Positions 60,417 through 64,000 of a DNA stretch of 64,000 nucleotides are shown here, one piece after another (the first letter of the stretch is position 1; the number at the start of each line of letters is the position of its first letter). The position numbers and the translations under genes are program-made. The DNA comes from Eledone cirrhosa (lineage: Eukaryota). The stretch spans positions 76,632,001-76,696,000 of the forward strand of contig OZ024742.1 of NCBI GenBank assembly GCA_964016885.1, in the 5' to 3' direction. The notes under the pieces are model-generated. The model had not been told where the DNA came from, made no database searches, and saw only the letters and a list, made by a program, of their open reading frames with translations.

Positions 60417-62268
60417 TTAACTGTATACTTTGTGAAAAGTTCTATGGAATTTATGCAGGCAGATGGAAAACAAATCCGAGCGTCTATTTATTATGGATTC
60501 TAGGTTAGAGATATTGGTAAATTTTTCATTTAGGCAGAGATTACAGATTTTAGATAGAGAGCTGTTCAAGTACGAGGATGCAGAAGAAATCTTTTTCCAA
60601 AAGATGTTATATTTAATGTTTTTGTCTTTTAAGGACCATATGAGTTCTGAGAGAGCAGTGTTAGTTCTTTTAAGTTTGTATTTGAAAGATGAATGATGAT
60701 TATAGAGACGAGCTTTAAAAGAGGTGGAAGTGGAGCCAAAATAGGTGAAGGAATTGGTGCTAGTTATAATTTTACATTCATAAATTAAGTTTTTATCGAG
60801 GCAATGGTTGTTGAGAGGACATTTATTTTTAATGCGGCAGTTGCAATTAGAGAGATTATTAATGAGTGATCTAGTGTTATCTATAGAAGGAATTGGATTG
60901 GAGAAGTTGTTTGCGATAGGAATAATAGGAATAATAGTTTCTTGATTTAGAGTTGGATTATGAACATTTAGCGAAGTTGTGTTTGACGTTGCATTTGGGT
61001 TTACAGAAGTTAGCCTAGGGTTTACAATGACGTCAGGAGTACTATTATTGTTATTATGAGATTCAATATTGGAAGGAAGAGATTTAGTATTTAATATTTT
61101 GTTGTTGTGTTTAGAGATGATGTTGGAAATATTGGAGGATGTAGAATACGAAAATTTGATGGTGTGTTTGTTAAATATTTTACTATAGATATGTGAGGGA
61201 GGGAAGCATTTATTTAAGGCACTAAAAAATAATTTAGGAATATTGTTATTAATAGAGATGGAGAAAGGAGCATTATACCAGATTATGTTTTTGTATCTAG
61301 GTCTTTTATTAAAATTATTGGAATGGTTATGATTAAATATTCTACTGTAAGTTTTCCTAGAATTTGTTTCTTTATTATATTTGATTTTATCTGGATAGCC
61401 GGCTTTAGAAAGTGCGTTATTATAGTAATTGGCGTTAGCATCAAAGATGTTTTTATTAGAAGATATGTTAGATATTCTATTTCCAATATTATTAACTATA
61501 GCATTCTTGATATTGGTAGGATGGTTAGATTTAAAGTTAACATAATTAAGATTCTCATTGTTTTTATGGTAAGGGTAATATAGGCCAGTGTCAAGATTAA
61601 GAGATACATCCAAGAAATTAGCTAGTTTGGTACTATTATCAAATTCAATTTTTAGGTTATGTTGGTTAAAGAGATTACGTATATTGTTCTTAATAATATT
61701 AAGTTTAACTATATTGCAATTTAGGATAGTAAAGAGTCCATCGTCACGATAAATTCCACCGCGAAGTTGAGGAATTTTCCGACTCAAAGAGTTCAAAATG
61801 AAGATACCAATTAAATCAGTCAATTGGGATGAATCGGATGCTCCCATTGTGATGTCGAAGTTGTTAGAGGTATCGGCTCTGGTCCAATATTCGTTGTTGA
61901 ACTCTAGGATGGTTTTACGTGCGGTGAGGATGATGTGAAGTTCATCTGTGGTGATGTCAGAATATTTAAGTGCGAAAGATAGAGCATTATTGAGAAGTGA
62001 AGGCGAAATGGAGGAATAGTAGCTGGCAATATCGAATTGAATAAATTTTAGTTTGTTTTTATTATCCAATTTGTTGAACCAGCCAATCACTTCAGAAGTA
62101 CCAAACCATAAATTTAGGTTTAAAGAAGAGCAATTAGAACTAAGCTGTGGGATAATCCTATCCAAGATGGCTTTACTAACAACCCCCAGATCAGATTTAG
62201 AGGGGGCGATTAATCTAACAGGTAGTTCAGTGCGAAAATTGTTTTTGTGATCTTTGAGATTTATCCTC
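60417..62268 (-). pseudogene. 5'-truncated but uninterrupted PLE RT + GIY-YIG frame
   Basis: RLIAPSKSDLG, QFDIASYY, TMGASDSSQ, GIYRDDGL, NFLDV, SNHP, CNC-x5-C, LIYEC..YFGST..FKAR, CNLC..E, CLH; the start of the tracked ORF is borrowed from the mirror arm. Confidence 0.88.
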
Positions 62269-64000
62269 CAAGAACTCCGAGGATAAATCTCAAAGATCAC
62301 AAAAACAATTTTCGCACTGAACTACCTGTTAGATTAATCGCCCCCTCTAAATCTGATCTGGGGGTTGTTAGTAAAGCCATCTTGGATAGGATTATCCCAC
62401 AGGTTAGTTCTAATTGCTCTTCTTTAAACCTAAATTTATGGTTTGGTACTTCTGAAGTGATTGGCTGGTTCAACAAATTGGATAATAAAAACAAACTAAA
62501 ATTTATTCAATTCGATATTGCCAGCTACTATTCCTCCATTTCGCCTTCACTTCTCAATAATTGTTTCTACTTTTGGCACAAGGCCAGCAATTATTCCAGT
62601 ATATTACTGGCACTTTATTTTATCGACCCCGTAAGGATGAAAGGCAAAGTTAACCTCGGCGGGATTTGAACTCAGATCGTAAAGGGACATAACTATGCTG
62701 GAAAGCATGTCCGACCCTCTACCGATACTGCCAATTCACCTCAATAATGCTCTATCTTTCGCACTTAAATATTCTGACATCACCACAGATGAACTTCACA
62801 TCATCCTCACCGCACGTAAAACCATCCTAGAGTTCAACAACGAATATTGGACCAGAGCCGATACCTCTAACAACTTCGACATCACAATGGGAGCATCCGA
62901 TTCATCCCAATTGACTGATTTAATTGGTATCTTCATTTTGAACTCTTTGAGTCGGAAAATTCCTCAACTTCGCGGTGGAATTTATCGTGACGATGGACTC
63001 TTTACTATCCTAAATTGCAATATAGTTAAACTTAATATTATTAAGAACAATATACGTAATCTCTTTAACCAACATAACCTAAAAATTGAATTTGATAATA
63101 GTACCAAACTAGCTAATTTCTTGGATGTATCTCTTAATCTTGACACTGGCCTATATTACCCTTACCATAAAAACAATGAGAATCTTAATTATGTTAACTT
63201 TAAATCTAACCATCCTACCAATATCAAGAATGCTATAGTTAATAATATTGGAAATAGAATATCTAACATATCTTCTAATAAAAACATCTTTGATGCTAAC
63301 GCCAATTACTATAATAACGCACTTTCTAAAGCCGGCTATCCAGATAAAATCAAATATAATAAAGAAACAAATTCTAGGAAAACTTACAGTAGAATATTTA
63401 ATCATAACCATTCCAATAATTTTAATAAAAGACCTAGATACAAAAACATAATCTGGTATAATGCTCCTTTCTCCATCTCTATTAATAACAATATTCCTAA
63501 ATTATTTTTTAGTGCCTTAAATAAATGCTTCCCTCCCTCACATATCTATAGTAAAATATTTAACAAACACACCATCAAATTTTCGTATTCTACATCCTCC
63601 AATATTTCCAACATCATCTCTAAACACAACAACAAAATATTAAATACTAAATCTCTTCCTTCCAATATTGAATCTCATAATAACAATAATAGTACTCCTG
63701 ACGTCATTGTAAACCCTAGGCTAACTTCTGTAAACCCAAATGCAACGTCAAACACAACTTCGCTAAATGTTCATAATCCAACTCTAAATCAAGAAACTAT
63801 TATTCCTATTATTCCTATCGCAAACAACTTCTCCAATCCAATTCCTTCTATAGATAACACTAGATCACTCATTAATAATCTCTCTAATTGCAACTGCCGC
63901 ATTAAAAATAAATGTCCTCTCAACAACCATTGCCTCGATAAAAACTTAATTTATGAATGTAAAATTATAACTAGCACCAATTCCTTCACCTATTTTGGCT
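62269..64000 (+). mobile_element. Right arm of the head-to-head PLE pair, SINE-interrupted, runs off the window
   Basis: Near-identical reverse complement of about 60733-62268. Confidence 0.92.
62562..62739 (-). mobile_element. tRNA-derived SINE with 9-bp TSD
   Basis: ctcaataat at 62553-62561 and 62740-62748; absent from the mirror arm. Confidence 0.9.

Overview
Eukaryotic, AT-rich, microsatellite-dense DNA; repeat content suggests an octopus-like cephalopod (inference). I can support no host protein-coding gene. The window is a nest of retroelements. It holds four distinct Penelope-like elements (PLEs) with YRDD-type RT and a C-terminal GIY-YIG flanked by CxC/CxxC/CxH motifs (Hydra-clade-like), and three pieces of a Neptune-like PLE. 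It also has one intact 1216-aa R4/Dong-like RT-REL element within a same-strand train of relatives in (TAA)n, a Tx1/L1 3' fragment, RTE-derived non-autonomous elements, tRNA-derived SINEs with target-site duplications and a MITE-like element. By eye I find about a dozen hammerhead ribozyme (HHR) motifs at PLE 3' ends, including non-canonical cores (U3-A8 swap, U4A) and a tandem pair 524 nt apart that could release a retrozyme-like circular RNA. The most striking pattern is that many PLE insertions are fold-back/inverted structures embedded in (TA)n, with arms from 38 bp to at least 1.5 kb. All calls come from manual reading; no searches or folding programs were run.
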